Assembly: GCA_013265495.1 (NCBI GenBank)
Contig: MU061579.1
Location: 5,640,963 to 5,704,962 of the forward strand
DNA: 64,000 nt
Direction: 5' to 3'
Source of the DNA: Vicugna vicugna
Lineage: Eukaryota
The position numbers and the translations under genes were made by a program. Positions 25,353 to 39,000 of this stretch are shown here, piece by piece. Each line of letters opens with the position of its first letter. The stretch's first letter is position 1. The notes beneath the pieces are model-generated. The model worked only from the letters and a program-made list of their open reading frames with translations. It had not been told where the DNA came from and made no database searches.

Positions 25353-25922
25353 TGTATTAGTAAGGGTTCTCCAGAGAAGCAGAACCATGAAAGTATGTGT
25401 GTGTATGTGTGTATAAATATAAGAAGAGATTTATTATAAGGATTTAAAACCCATGACTATGGAAGCTGGCAAATGTCAAGGTCTGCAGGGTGAATTGGCA
25501 AGCTGGAGATCCAGGATGGTCACTGGTTTGATTCCAGACCAAGTTCAAATGCTGGAGACCAGGAGAGATAATATTGCTGTTTCAGTCTAAAGACTAGAAA
25601 TCATGAGACTTGAAAAGAGCTAATGTTCCAGTTTGGTCCAGAGGCAAGGAAAAAAGCCAGCGTCCCAGTTCAAAGGCCATAGAGAAAAAAGAATTCTCTC
25701 TTACTTTGGGGGGACAGGCAGTCTTTTTGCTTTATTTAGGCTTTGAACTGACTGGATGAGGCCCACCCAGCATTAAGGAGGGCAATTTGCTTTAGTCAGT
25801 CGACAGACTGAAATGTTAATTTAATCTAAAAACACCCTCACAAAGAATCTGGAATTTATGTTTGACCAAATATCTGAAACCCCACGGTCCAGTCAAGTTG
25901 ATATATAAAATTAACCATCACA
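25353..25922 (-). mobile_element. MLT2 (ERVL) solo LTR
   Basis: tgtattagtaagggttctccagagaagcagaacca ... aagttgatatataaaattaaccatcaca, the hallmark MLT2 termini. Confidence 0.9.
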
Positions 25923-27479
25923 GACTGTAACATAACTACACTAGTGTTTCTATGTGCAACAGAAAACACTTGAGCAGGAGAGGTTGTCACAATGCAGTCT
26001 TTAAAGATGATGGTTGTAGAAAGTACTCATGCAAATGAGTCACTGACGTAAGATTAATTATTTATGAGTTAATCTTGAGAAACCATAGATCTACAATATT
26101 TTGGAATTGACTGTGATACATTGATTCATAGGAACCTTATGATTTTGTCTTATCAAAACCGCATAGGTGAAAGTACTGTACTAGAGTACAAATTTGTGAC
26201 CTTGTTTACCTAAAATTTGGACATTTTACATTCAAATTTGCCATTAAATTTTTTTACTGAAGTAACTAAAAATACAATTCAAATAGGAAAAAAAGTTTTG
26301 TGAAAATGATTTCAAATAAGAAAAAAAAGATAATAAATTGCAACTTTTTAAAAAAACTGAAAAATACCTCCAAATCATATGATCCAGATAATAGTATGAC
26401 ATTTTTCTTAATTCACTTTTCAGCACACTTATATAATAAATTTTTCTTATATTTTAATTGTATTTCTTATTGCCTAAACTAAAAGTAGTACTATTTTGTA
26501 TTATATTTCCCCACATTTGAGAAACTTACAGTTATTATTTATGCAGATATTCTCATAAATCTTATGCTTTCTGTTCTCATCTTGATACATTTAACATTCC
26601 TTCCAATCTTTACAATCTAGTCAAATAGATTATTACTACTGAAATAGATGAAGTTTCTATTGAATAGATGAAATTTCTATTGAAATTGGCTACATTTCTC
26701 TTTTAAAATAAGCTTTTTAAACTATAAAAAAAAAATGATTTTCCTTAAGTGAACAAACAATTTCACACTTCCACTATTATGGTAGACTTTTTTCTTTTCT
26801 TTAAAAGGAAAATGAAATTTAGGATAAAACTTACATTTAAAAAAGGAGACATTGGATTCCTAGACATAGTTCATAATATTTACCCCCGGATTCGAATGAT
26901 TAGGCTTACAGTCTCTTTCCATTCTGTCTAATCTAAACATAAAAGACGTATTTTGCCTTGAGTAAAAATGAAAGTGAGACTTTTGCTATAGAATGACAAT
27001 TATTTTCTATTATGTGTCATGTACTTTAAACAGCAAATTCATCCTTCTGTCTCTGGGCATAAATAAACAAGATAATCACACACTATTAAAAAGCAATAAA
27101 TTCTTCCTGTGTTCAAGTTGAAGGGAAGTTTATTGTTAAATAGATGACAAGGGAGTTAGAATTAGAATTACATCGTGGAAAAAGTCCATGATTTACAAAC
27201 AAAAAACATCAATGTAATTGTAATGATTGATTTAAGTTAATAAGTGAGGCTCACATTTAAATACAAACACTGTGTTTATATTTGCCATGGGACTTGATAT
27301 TATGAAGATATAATAAATTCTGTCATTGGATCACAAGTTTTCTGAGCAATTTACTAAGAAGTCAGGTCTCTTTGCAGTTCATTTTTAGATATGTAAACAA
27401 ATGGTTAGGGAAGATTCCAGTCTTAAAAAGAGAACATAATTACCAACAACACCTTTTGATGTAAACATTTTATATATTT

Positions 27480-27650
27480 ATTTACTTAATGTTCATAAAA
27501 ATCTAATTTATAGGCATAATTATTATCTCTTCATGATACAAATACTGAGTCATAGAGAAGTTAAGTGACATAAACAGAAGGTGTCAAGCTAGGATTTAAA
27601 CTTTGTTTCCAGACCCCACACCCTCAGAATTCTCACCACACTCCTTCACT
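27480..27650 (-). mobile_element. MIR fragment
   Basis: ataggcataattattatctc...aaatactgagtcatagagaagttaagtgac...ctaggatttaaac. Confidence 0.7.
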
Positions 27651-28567
27651 GTATAATAATTTTGAAAATTAATAGTAGTATGAGCACGAAGATGTCTTCA
27701 CAGCAACATTAACTCATGATAAGGCTACTAATATGTGATTTTTCATTTTTAGCATTCATAACTTGGATGTATTCACCAATTATACTTAATTGCTTAACAT
27801 GGTTGATAATTCTCTGTTTTAAAATTGTGAAATGGAAGGGGGGCATTCAAGGATCATAAATTCAGTCTCACTTTTCACTGTTGGGTTATTTAAATTTATT
27901 CATTTGCAAATGCATTGATTGTGCTAGTCACTGGATATATACCAGTAATGAGGAGAAAAAACTGTTGTCTTTATGGATCTTAAATTATGATGGTAAAGTC
28001 AGAAAAAAAAAAAGTAAACCTACAGTGATTCTTCTACAAAGAAGAAAACTACAGATTTTAATAGATTCCTTTGCAGACTGGTTAAAGGGTGATGTGATAG
28101 AATACACAAGGGGAGGATCCTAATTTCAACAGAGTAATTTACCTGTGAACATTCGGCATGCAAGCTGAGACCCACCCCGTTCCCCTAGGTTAAATGTGGC
28201 AGGAAGTATAGAGACATACTCCAGTTAGAAGAAACAAGCGAAAGGCCCACAGCTGAGAAATAGTTGGATATGGTCAAAAAACAGAGACCGGAATATATGC
28301 AAGACGATGGGATATGGAAACAATGCTATCAAATGTGATTATAGAAGTAATTGGAATAGGAGTGTGGATACGTATTAGAAGAGCTTAGCATGTATTTGCT
28401 GGAAAAGTCTGCCCTATTCACAATAAAGATTTCCTCTCAATTCCTTGATTTTGGATCTGGTCTCCCAGAACCAACTGAATGACTCACTGTGAACTTTTCA
28501 TATTTACAAATTATATTTATCACCATATTTCATCTATTGTTACTTTATTATGCATATAATTTCTTTT

Positions 28568-28679
28568 TTTTATTGTTGTTTTTGTTTTTGTTTTTGTTTT
28601 AATGGAGGTACTGGGGATTGAACCCAGGACCTCGTGCATGCCGAGCACATGATCCACCACTGAGCTACCCCCTCCCCCC
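28568..28679 (-). mobile_element. tRNA-derived SINE (camelid Vic-1 type, short form) with TSD
   Basis: Reverse complement reads GGGGGAGGGGGTAGCTCAGTGG...GAGGTCCTGGGTTCAATCCCCAGTACCTCCA plus an A-rich tail; 17-bp TSD TGCATATAATTTCTTTT at 28551-28567 and 28680-28696. Confidence 0.95.
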
Positions 28680-30089
28680 TGCATATAATTTCTTTTACAT
28701 CATTCTTGTATCATATCACATTTTAAAAAACTATTTGCTACGTCTGTTGCACTGATTTCATAGAGTAGGAAGAAACTTATTTTCTACCTCAAACTGACAA
28801 CTTCTGTAGAGCACATTTTGTTTCTGAATATCTAGAGGCAGAGCAAAGTTAGTTTGGAGTTAGAATAGTTGGCCAGCAGGCAAGTTCCCAGGGTTTATGC
28901 AATGTTTTGTACAAGAAAACTTCAATATGAGGCGGTAAGGCCACTTGACTTGGGATAACTCCACTGCCTTTAGGTCTTCATGCCCAGGATGTATCTTATA
29001 TTTGTTAATGACTCCAATCTTAAAGATCTGCATAAGTGAACAATCCTGGACAAGGATGATTGATTTTATGTTTGGTATCCTAGTAATTATCTCCTTGCCT
29101 AGGCATTCAAACTCAATTAAAGTATGCTCTTACAAAAATATAACCAGAACCCTGTACATGCAGTTACTTATATTAATCTTAAAATAAGCATTTCCAGTAC
29201 ATCAAATGGGCAGTGACTTTATATGTGTAGAAAAACCACCATAAAAGTTAATGATGCCTCATGAAATAATAATTGTACTTATTAAACTATAAGCAGAAAA
29301 TTACATGCATATATATAATCATTTAAAGCTCTGCTTATATCAGCGTTTTATTATGACTTAAAATTAAATATTTTTTAAAAATTCTTAAACAAAGGCGAGT
29401 TTTACAGCCTTTCATATTTAAAGTACACAAATTATTTAACCATATCTAAAGTTGCAGAAGCTGTAAGATATATAGTAGCATTTACAGTTAGAACTTCAGT
29501 CAAGAAATATTTCTTAAACTAGATATTGTACTAGGCATGTGATACATAAATTAAAAAGTTTAAATAAGCAATTATCCTCTCCTTTCAAGGAGTTAGTTAT
29601 ACAATAGAAAGTGAGTGTGTGTATGTATATTATACATAAAGCATACCTATATGATGATATACTTTGATTCAACTCTGCCTAATTTTAAACACTATTGTTT
29701 TCTTAAATTGAAATATATATGTATGTAACAATATATTTATATATGCAAACATTAGCATCACCTTTTATTTTCTAATAGAATAATGTAAATAAATTTCTTC
29801 ATAGAAAAATTATGAAAAGGAAAAAGGATAATTCCCTTTGAGCTGAAAGAGGGGATTGATAGTCATTGATAACAGGCATATTTTATAGAATTTTGTCTGA
29901 ACATAACGCATATTGCGTACGTGCCGGATGCAGGATTATGTAAAGTTCTTTAGGTGGGGCACGATGAAATATTTTTAACCATTCTGGAGTCCACGTCAAT
30001 GTTAATATATAAGATGAGAAAATAAAGGCTGAATAATTTGCAAATCTCAATGCTTTCATAAAACAAAAATGAATGTCCTTTAAAAATAT

Positions 30090-30345
30090 CAATATCTTAT
30101 GCTACAGGCCCAGCTATGTTTTTGAACATATGACCTAGTCACCCACGGTGCCAGGCTGATGTAACATTCCTTTGTACATGTTATTTTTGATTACTGGTCA
30201 GAGAGTGGGAAGCATAGCCAATTATTACCTGGCTACTAAAGATTCCACCTGGAAATGACATGTATAAATATTGTTCAAAGCAAATCTCATAGTCATATGC
30301 TATTTGAAGGGAGTAAGGAAGTGTAATTCTACATTTGCACAGAAG
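30090..30345 (-). mobile_element. Old MLT1 LTR fragment
   Basis: ttccacctggaaatgacatgt...ttgttcaaagcaaatctcatagtcatatgctatttgaagggagtaaggaagtgtaattct. Confidence 0.55.
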
Positions 30346-30419
30346 GAAACTATAAATATTTAATTGAAATTGATATATATATATATAATGAATTGTATTT
30401 CTTGTGTCAAGAAACATAA

Positions 30420-30900
30420 ATATAGGAAAGAAGGAAAAAATGATTATCATTACTTATTAATAAAATTATTTGATTTGCTAAGCATAAGTCATCGGGAAAT
30501 GTAAACCACTAGAAAATTCTGAGATTTCAGTAATGTGGTCAGTTGCATGGATAAATATGAAAGAAAAAATATTTTTCTTAAATTTTAATAGCACTTAGCA
30601 AGTATAATTTTAAAAAATTCCAATCCAAAAATTTTAAATATAAAATCTAGAACTATAAACTTCTTCATAAATGTGTAGAACTTGTGTAAATAAAATTATA
30701 AAAGTCTATTTTAAGACCTGGGGTAAAATTGTTTTATGTGGAGAAACCCTTTTATTGATGGAAGATTTGCAATTTTGTAAAGATTTCGGTGTCTCTAAAT
30801 GTAACCACAATACAAAATTCTAGAGCAATATTTTTTAGAGATGGGAAAAAATACTCAAAAAGGTGTAATGGATCTAGCCGGGAAATTCTAGATAGTGAAA
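30420..30900 (+). mobile_element. Degraded L1ME-type ORF2 fragment
   Basis: A-rich L1 ORF2 wording: aaccactagaaaattctgagatttcagtaatgtggtcag...aaatgtgtagaacttgtgtaaataaaattataaaa. Confidence 0.55.
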
Positions 30901-31489
30901 AATCAAATAATTGTAAAGAATTGGTTTTGTGTAGCAGGCAAAATACATGGCTTGGGCCTTAGTGTTCTGAGTAGACAAGCACCAAGCCATAAAGCTGGAG
31001 CAAATTTCTGGATATTTCCTACCGTGCTAGGTTTTAGCCCTCTAATTTTTGGATCACAAAACTGTCCAGAGGTCTTGAGAGAGGAAAAGTTTGCATATTA
31101 GGACTTGGAGCAGTGACTATTTACCAACCAGCATAGAAGTATTGAAATTCAACATTTAAACTAATATTATTTGTACAAGATAATATCTACATACCAGCCC
31201 TGACTGTGGTCTTGGTACCAGATTTAAAACGTATAGGAGGAATTTACCAAAAAGTATAGCTATCTATCAAGTTATTTTAAGATGCATGAGAAATATGGCT
31301 TCTTTTAATCAGATGGATTTCATGAAATAACCAACTTCCTCGTTAAACCCTCACCATTATAGTAAACGTTGTAACCGAATGTATTCCAAAGGGATTAAAG
31401 AATTATTTTTTTCATCAGCCAGACACATTCAGTCTATCAGTTTTAAATCTCTCTATTGTACTCTCAGATTAATTTTTAATCTATATCTT

Positions 31490-32090
31490 AATCTAATTCA
31501 CTTTCTTTTCATCTCCCCAATCAGCGAAATTCCAAGTAACCACCTAAGAAAGTAACTTTTCCTGCTTACTTTCTGCTGGTTCTCCATTTAGTACAGAATG
31601 ACTTTATTTAAAAAAAAAAAGTTAAATCATATTTCCTTACAAAACATCTAGTAGATTTTTCATTTTAGGACTTAAAGGAAAAATCTAAACTCTGTACCAT
31701 AAAGGTAAGGATCTTTAAGATCTTCTCTGTTAAACATGCCCTTTTTGTCTCATTCATGCTACTTTCTGCTCATAATCTTGTCACACTGGTCTCTATAGTC
31801 CTATCTCTTACTGAGAACTTTCCCGCCTCAGGGTCTTTGCATAATTTGTTCATTCTTCATGGAAAACATTCCATCAAGGTGTTGCAGACTAATTTCGTTT
31901 TATCTTCCATATCTACACTTAAATGTTGCCTTCTCCAAAAGGCTGTCTCTGAACACGGCATGATAGAGGGGCATACCATCCATCATACTTGTGTATTTCC
32001 CCCACCACATTCATCTCAGTCTGTACTTTATATGTTCCCATCTTTTGAACTTATTTTTGTCCCAGTCTGGAATACTAACTGTTGACTGGT
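31490..32090 (+). mobile_element. L2 fragment
   Basis: ctccatttagtacagaatgac...aaaaatctaaactctgtacc...cccgcctcagggtctttgca...cttaaatgttgccttctccaaaaggct. Confidence 0.7.
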
Positions 32091-32633
32091 GATGATATGT
32101 TTAGATTCAAAGTAAATGAACAAATTAGGGAATCAGCCTGGTCAAAGATTGTTTCCAAAAGGAAATGTGACCTATTCTCTTGGTTATCTTTTATGCTTTT
32201 AATTATGGAAAAAATATAAAATGAGACTCTTACTAAGTACTTATTCATCAGTAATATACCTGGGCACAAAAAAAATATTATCAGAAAGTGAAGTATTTGA
32301 GATTCCAGGTTACTGAATGAGTTTGTATATTTTCATTATGAGTACTAGATGGTAGACTGCTGAGCGTTGCTGTTTTATAATGAATATAAGTAAATTCCTG
32401 TAGTTTGATAAATACATTCCAATTCAAATTGAGAAACATGTAAACAATTATGAGACAAACAATTTCACACAACTTGTTTTGGACTAACTGTAACTCCAAT
32501 AACCATTAATTCTGAACCAAAAAATAAAATAGTTATTTGATGGAATTGGAATGACCCAAATTACACAGAATCTGGGAATGAATTGAGTCCTTGAAAGAAA
32601 CTGCAGAGGGTGAGGTCCAAATTTGTGTGGCTT

Positions 32634-33291
32634 TGATGCAGGAAAAGAGATGTGGGGCATGAGAAGGGCTGTGTCCCAAGCTTAGGTTGAGCCCCTGGGA
32701 TGTGCCCCACCAAGTGTGGGTCCTTGGCTTCGCGCAGGAAAGAATTCAAGAGCGAGCCACAGTTGAGTGAAGGTAGATTTATTCAGAAAGATACATTGAA
32801 AGGCAAGAGAAAGGCCACGAAGTGTGGGGGTTGAGTGCTCAGATTAAAAGTAGATACACACTCCATAGACAGAATGTGGGTGGTCTCCGGGGGAGGAGGG
32901 GGGAGGGAGAGAGAAGGAGAGAGAGAGAGAGAGAGGTGGCTGAGAAGCGCCCTGTTGCTAGTTTTTATGGGCTTGGTGGCTTCATATGCTAATAAGTGGA
33001 AGGACCAGTCTAAGTAGCCTGGGGAAGGGGCTGGGATTCCCAGGAAGCTGGCCATTTCCCACTCTTTGACCTTTTGTGGCTAGCCTTGGGACTGCCATGG
33101 TGCCTGTGGGTGTGTTATTTACCACGTTAATACATTACAGTGGGTGTGTAATGAAGCTCAAGATCTGCTAAGAGTCAAATTTCCAACCATCTCGAGCCTC
33201 AAGGCCTACTGGGGGTTGAATCTTTCACCATTTTGATGTTAATTGCTGTAGCATTCCTTGAATGGCTGTGCCCTGCCCCCTTCCTGTCTCA
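32634..33291 (-). mobile_element. ERV1-like solo LTR, 658 bp
   Basis: Imperfect inverted termini TGATGCAGGAA...TTCCTGTCTCA; 4-bp TSD GCTT at 32630-32633 and 33292-33295; TTTATT near 32778; internal (GA)n tract. Confidence 0.9.
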
Positions 33292-33748
33292 GCTTAACCC
33301 CTTACCCACTCTCCAGTTAATTAGCAAGAGCTGGTAAGGGCTCTTGGGGAAATCCTCGTTATTGGCTTAAGGTGTCAGAGGGATTCAGGGCTGTCACTGA
33401 GGGGTGAAACTTGGAAAGGAAGGCGTAATATAATGTGAATATAAAGCTGTAATTATAACCCCCTCCAAATCCTTGGCTGGATGTGCATATGCACTAAAGA
33501 CTCCAATGATGCCGGGGCAGACCTGCTGGGGTCCCACTCCCCGTGCTTCGGTCTTGGACTCCTCGAGGCAATAGCTAAGACAGGCACCAGGCTCACCTTG
33601 CTTATTTTTCCCACTCTCAGTGATCATTGCCTTGTGCTTTTGTTTCTGGAAATAATTTTTCCATATTTTTTCCTGGAATGTTAGTTCTTTCAAGCAAGGA
33701 TTGTTACTTCATCATGGCTGGAAATGGCAGTCTTCTACTTTAAACCAT

Positions 33749-34234
33749 TGTCAACTGAAATAAATGCACAGCCTAAAAGTTGAGGGTTATGTTTTATTCG
33801 GTGGACAATTCTAAGGACTCAGCCCAGGATGACAGCCTCTCAGATCGCTCTGAGGGACTGCTCCAAAGAGGTGGGGGAGGAGCTAGGATATATAGCAGTT
33901 TTACAACAAACACCAGGTAGTTGGAACATTAAAAGATTACTTGTTAACTAAAAAACCCAGGCATCTCAAGTTAAAGAATTTAGTGCTTTTCTGTGTGTGG
34001 GAGGAAGCAAGCATTTGGGCTCCTTGAATTCATTCCTTTGACAAGCCCCCAGCTATCTAGGGCCAGTATCCTGTCCTTTCTTATTCTGAGTCCCCTCAGG
34101 GTGCACCATTGTGAGTGGCTGCAGAGGCTGGGCTGCAGGCTTGTCTTCACTGGAGGGTGGCAGCAGCCGCTGATGACTTGATGGCTTCAGCATTCTTTGT
34201 TTTCTGATATGGTTTGCAGTATTTTTCAATCACT
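33749..34234 (-). mobile_element. ERV1-like solo LTR, 486 bp
   Basis: TGTCAACTGAA start and TCAATCACT end (terminal CA apparently mutated); 4-bp TSD CCAT at 33745-33748 and 34235-34238; TTTATT near 33793. Confidence 0.85.
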
Positions 34235-35525
34235 CCATTAACATTTCATAAGAAAGAGATTTAGGAAGTTTTAAAGTAAATTTCATATCATTTCCACCTA
34301 TGTTATATGTTATTTTAAAACTACGTTCAATGTCTCATATGCATACCAGGAGGTTTTATATCATGTAAGCATACTTTTACAAGATCAGTATGAAGTGTTT
34401 CTTGTTATTCCTTTATTTCAATGTTTTCTTAAAACATGAACTTTTCACTTTTTGGAAACTAGTAGAAAGAAATTGGGTTTGAGATCATTTCCTAAGTAAC
34501 ACTTCTGTATTCTTTATACTGGAGCCGAACAAAATAAAACAAGAAGCAGCTTTTGTGAAGCATGAAAACTGATCTCTAATTCCCTTCCAACAATCTTGCC
34601 AAGGTTGGGAAGAAGAATTTACAGAGTATGAGCATATATGAGACTGGAGCCAATGAAAGATAGGAAGAAAACTGTTAACTGTCAGGTCAAATTACAAAAA
34701 TATCTACATCCTAACCTGTCAAAAATGAGTCCTGTGATATTTTTGGTGCTGGGGTGGGAGTTGGGGGTGGGGGTGCCTACATTTTAACATATTTTCCCAG
34801 GCCTCAAAGTGAAATTGATTAGAAGGAAAAAGGTTAGAGGAAAGATTATAACATATTCATCTATCTCTAGCAATAGATGGAACAGACATTGTCTCCCCAG
34901 CTAGCCTGGAAGGTTCCCATTTACCTTTGATTCTGAGCTGTTTGGAAAGCCCTGGTTATCAAGACACACCCATCTTACCCAGTTAGGGGTGCCTTGTGTT
35001 CTTTCGGAGCCTTGAAGGAAAAGCTCTGGAAGGCACTCTTTGTTTCTTTTGATTATCACCGAATTTAACCCCAAACATCCAGAGACACTGGGGATGTGTT
35101 CAGGTTATGCTGGCTTCAGCTTCGGACTAAGTAGTCAGTGAATTCACTTGCTACAAAGTAAAGGGTGAATCAGAGGCTTCACTGCAGCTTCCAGGGATCA
35201 GCATTTCTCAAGACCTTGTGCCTTATCTCTCTCTGAAACATGCTGGAATCGTTAAAGAATTCACAAAAATGGACTGTGTTGTCTTGTTAAGTACCTGAGC
35301 TCCCGCTTCAACAAATAACATTTATCAGCTTTCTAGACTAATGTTCTAATTTTCTTATGTTTTCTTTCCTTCTGGGAGATTTTTTAGCATCTTTATTTTC
35401 CAATATTTTTACTAAGTTTTAGCTTCTGCCATCATACACTTAACTTCCAGTGTTTCAGTAAACAATTACTTATTACAGCATTCTTTCTTATTATGGATAC
35501 TCAAAAGGCTAAAAATATTAATGAT

Positions 35526-36076
35526 TGTTACCTCAAAGAGAGAAGGGAAAAACCTTGGTTCTTGTCTTGCCTGAAAGAGAAGAACTCAGCTGGGAAATGG
35601 AAGTGTTACGTAGAGAAAGATTTTAAAGATTTTTTTAGCAGAGCAAAAGTACACCTTCAGGAATGGAAAGCGGGCTGATCCAAGGGTGGATAGCAACGGT
35701 CTTTGTCCCTTCCCTTATACCCTTGCTTAGAGGTGGTCTCTTGATTAATTGATGGCTCTTGGCTCTGGAGTGCTTAGTCATGCTTGGCCCCTTTTGTGCA
35801 TGTCCTTACTCATGATGCACACAGAAAAACCCATAGTGATGGGGAGAGAGCACCTAAACTGCAGCACTAATTATATTACAATGAGCTTTGGGCCATGTTC
35901 TGTTAAGTCCTTGTAACTGCCATGCGGCCCTTGGGTTTTAACCAGTTTCTTGCTGGCACTCATTTAGAGGATGTAGTGCCTTTATGCTGAAGGTGGGCAT
36001 AACACCATCTTTTGGACCATCTTCCCTGTCCTCCACCTTATCTACCCAGTGCCCCCACTTAGCTAACTACCTAACA
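35526..36076 (-). mobile_element. ERV1-like solo LTR, 551 bp, related to the LTR at 18588-19157
   Basis: Same termini TGTTACC...CTAACTACCTAACA and shared internal motifs (ggttctt, acagaaaaaccc, aaactgca..taatta..ttaca); 4-bp TSD TGAT at 35522-35525 and 36077-36080. Confidence 0.88.
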
Positions 36077-39000
36077 TGATGACCTTTTAAGCTTGATTAC
36101 TTTGGCCTTATCTCTGTTTCCTTCAATTTGCATTTGTTTCCTGTTTTTCTTTTGTTTCTGCTTTTGATTTTAGATAATTTTCTTAAGATATTTTCTTTAG
36201 ATTATGTTTTTTTTACATATGTGATCATCCTTATCTGTTACGTTATATTTAGTGATAGAAAACTAAAATCTGATTGAAAAAGACTGTTCTGTATTACTCC
36301 AACAGACACACACGCCCACACCCACACAATCAGAGTATCTTTGTGAATTTTCTTTTCATTCAACACATTTCTGAGAAAAAAACTATTCCAGTGTCCTAAA
36401 TAGACTATAAACCACCTGGTTACCAATGTGGTGCCTAGCACAAGAGGAAAGGCAGTTGTGGTCTCTACCTTCTGCAAACACTCATTTAATGTCCAGTCTG
36501 GACTATGGCAGTCGGGTCTGTCATTGAGCTGTTGTCCTGAAATCTTTTCTCTCCCCCTCTGCAGGGATTAAATCTCCAGGCTTCACCCAAGAAGTAGGGA
36601 ACATGCAGGGCTGGAGAATTAACTTGGTAAATCCCCCAGTCTTTTTCTTAAAAGACTGTCATATAATCCTGTCATTTTTATTCCTCCAGCACATCTCCCC
36701 ACCCATACCTTCTTCAGTGTTTGACACATTTATGATAAGGATTGATTTTCTATTTTTTGTTTTAGTTTCAGAGATTTTTGGTTCAGGTAAGCCGGTTTCC
36801 ACTCATCTATCGTCCTACCGGATCTCTCTGTCTCTCTGTCTCTCTCTATATAGCTGTTTTGTCCTTGTGGGAAAATACCTTTAAAAAGTCCATTATGGTC
36901 ATTGTAGCGGTTTGCAGACATAGTAGAACTTATTGTTCAATCCGCTCATTTTAATCAGGAGTTTTACTTTTCTTAAGTACTTTTGATTTTCATGCTACAC
37001 TAGGTAGAAATAATTCGAATTTGGTTTAAAAAAGTATAAACTCTTTATAGCTATCAGTATAACTACAACACATATGCATATAAAGGAATACATTATGAAA
37101 ATGACTCAAACACATTATAAACTCATCAAGCTGTAAGAATTCTGCTAAACAGAAGGTTAAATGTAAAATTTCTTTCTTGTTATTCCTTTCATAGTGTATT
37201 TTTAGCACAGTGGGTCAATTTGTAGTAGCATCTTACCAGCATAGATTAAAAATAAAGAGGACAATATGCTGAAATAAAATTGATGGAGGTTCCCTATTTA
37301 TTTTCTAACAATATACAGTAGAAAATATATTTTTAAACTGTTATTGTATTTTCATTGTTATTCTTCTGAGACAATTATTACCAAGAGCCCAAGGATACAT
37401 ATATATTTCTGAAAGTCATATTTTCTTAGTAAAGAATTGCCTAGTTTTATGTCCACCATTTATCAGATTGAGGCACTATATCCTGACTGTACAAGAGAGG
37501 ACTAATTTATTATTAATAGAGCTTTATACAAACAAGCATTCATGATATCAGTTTGCCCTCTTTAACTGTACCTCTGGGCACCATGTGAATCATTTATGAG
37601 GTGGCTGTATGTCACACAGTTGAAAAGATTGCAGATTTACAGAGCATACCATGGCACACACACATACCTACGCACACACACAGACACACATTATGTGAAT
37701 TTCTTTTCATAAGAAGCCATTCCTCATTTAGTAGGATAATGAATATAGAAAACATATGCTTTATTAATTAGGAAAGGTTTTCTCAGATTAGTAGACTTTA
37801 GCCTAATAGCGGGGAGATAATTGTATTGAGACATCATGATTGGTTATAGATTATATTAATGATAAAATACTATAAGAAGGTTAATTTTTTTAAAGGTTGA
37901 AGAAAAATGTTAGCAAGACATCAGATTATCAGACCAGATTACCAAATGTCATGGATATAATAGAAAAAAATGGGAAATATTAAAAGAGGCAAGCCATTCT
38001 TATCAAATTAACCACACTAAAAAAATACATCATGGGCCACTATATTACCTCACCACAGAATGTTTATTTCCTGACATGGAAATGCACTTTGTATGGTAAC
38101 AGTCACAAGGTGATTAATTGTTGTAAAAGTTGACTAAATATCAAGAATATATTTTATTTTAGAATTCTGTTTGTTTTTAATTTTATTCATGATCTTCAGA
38201 TGTTATGTATACAAAGCCAAGCATATAACAATAAGTCACACTGCTAGACAGCAGCTACAGAACTCTGCTCAGCTAAGTCATTAATCTCACATACTGTTCA
38301 TAATGTGATCTTCCAGCAAAATAACATCCCGGCAGTAGTAGATAACAGTAACTTAATGCCTATTTTTGTCTGCTCTAAATGTGAGTTGCATTTGGAGTAT
38401 AGGAAAATAATAATAATTGTTTAGATTGACTAAATATATAATTAAGTCATAATCTAAATATCCTGTATCTCTCAGAAACTCTCTTTTTAAAATGTAATTA
38501 ACATTGCCAATAAAAATAAATTTTGTCTATTAGATGTTTGCTGTCTTGAGAAAATATTCCAAATATCATTTTTCTAGTTTTTCTGCAGGAGAATAATTTT
38601 AATGGAGATATCATTAATAATAAATAAATTTAATAAAATGTTTCATGAAAAATTAGAATGTATTGAAAAATTAAAAAACATTAAAATTCTTAAAATGAGT
38701 AAACAATGGTAGAACTATTTTCTAAATGATCCAATATGAGGAACACATTTTACGTCTAAATATTTTCAGATGACCACATGGTATCATTTATGCACTAAGT
38801 ATTCACTGACTAATAATGTACTTAATTGATTGAAAAAAATATGAATTTACTTTGAAAAAATGATTAATCACAGCTACCTATACATATGAAAGGTAGCAAA
38901 ACAAAAATCTGTAAGATTATGCAGAATATAGACAAAATTTTTCAAGTATCTAGATTAGAAGACATTACAGTAATTCTGTGGTTCTCTAGGGTCCACTGGT

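Noticed and set aside
29885..30000. CpG-containing patch after a ttttatag acceptor-like site as a coding exon
   Set aside because: Stops occur in all three + frames by about 29953 and no recognisable peptide results; unsupported.
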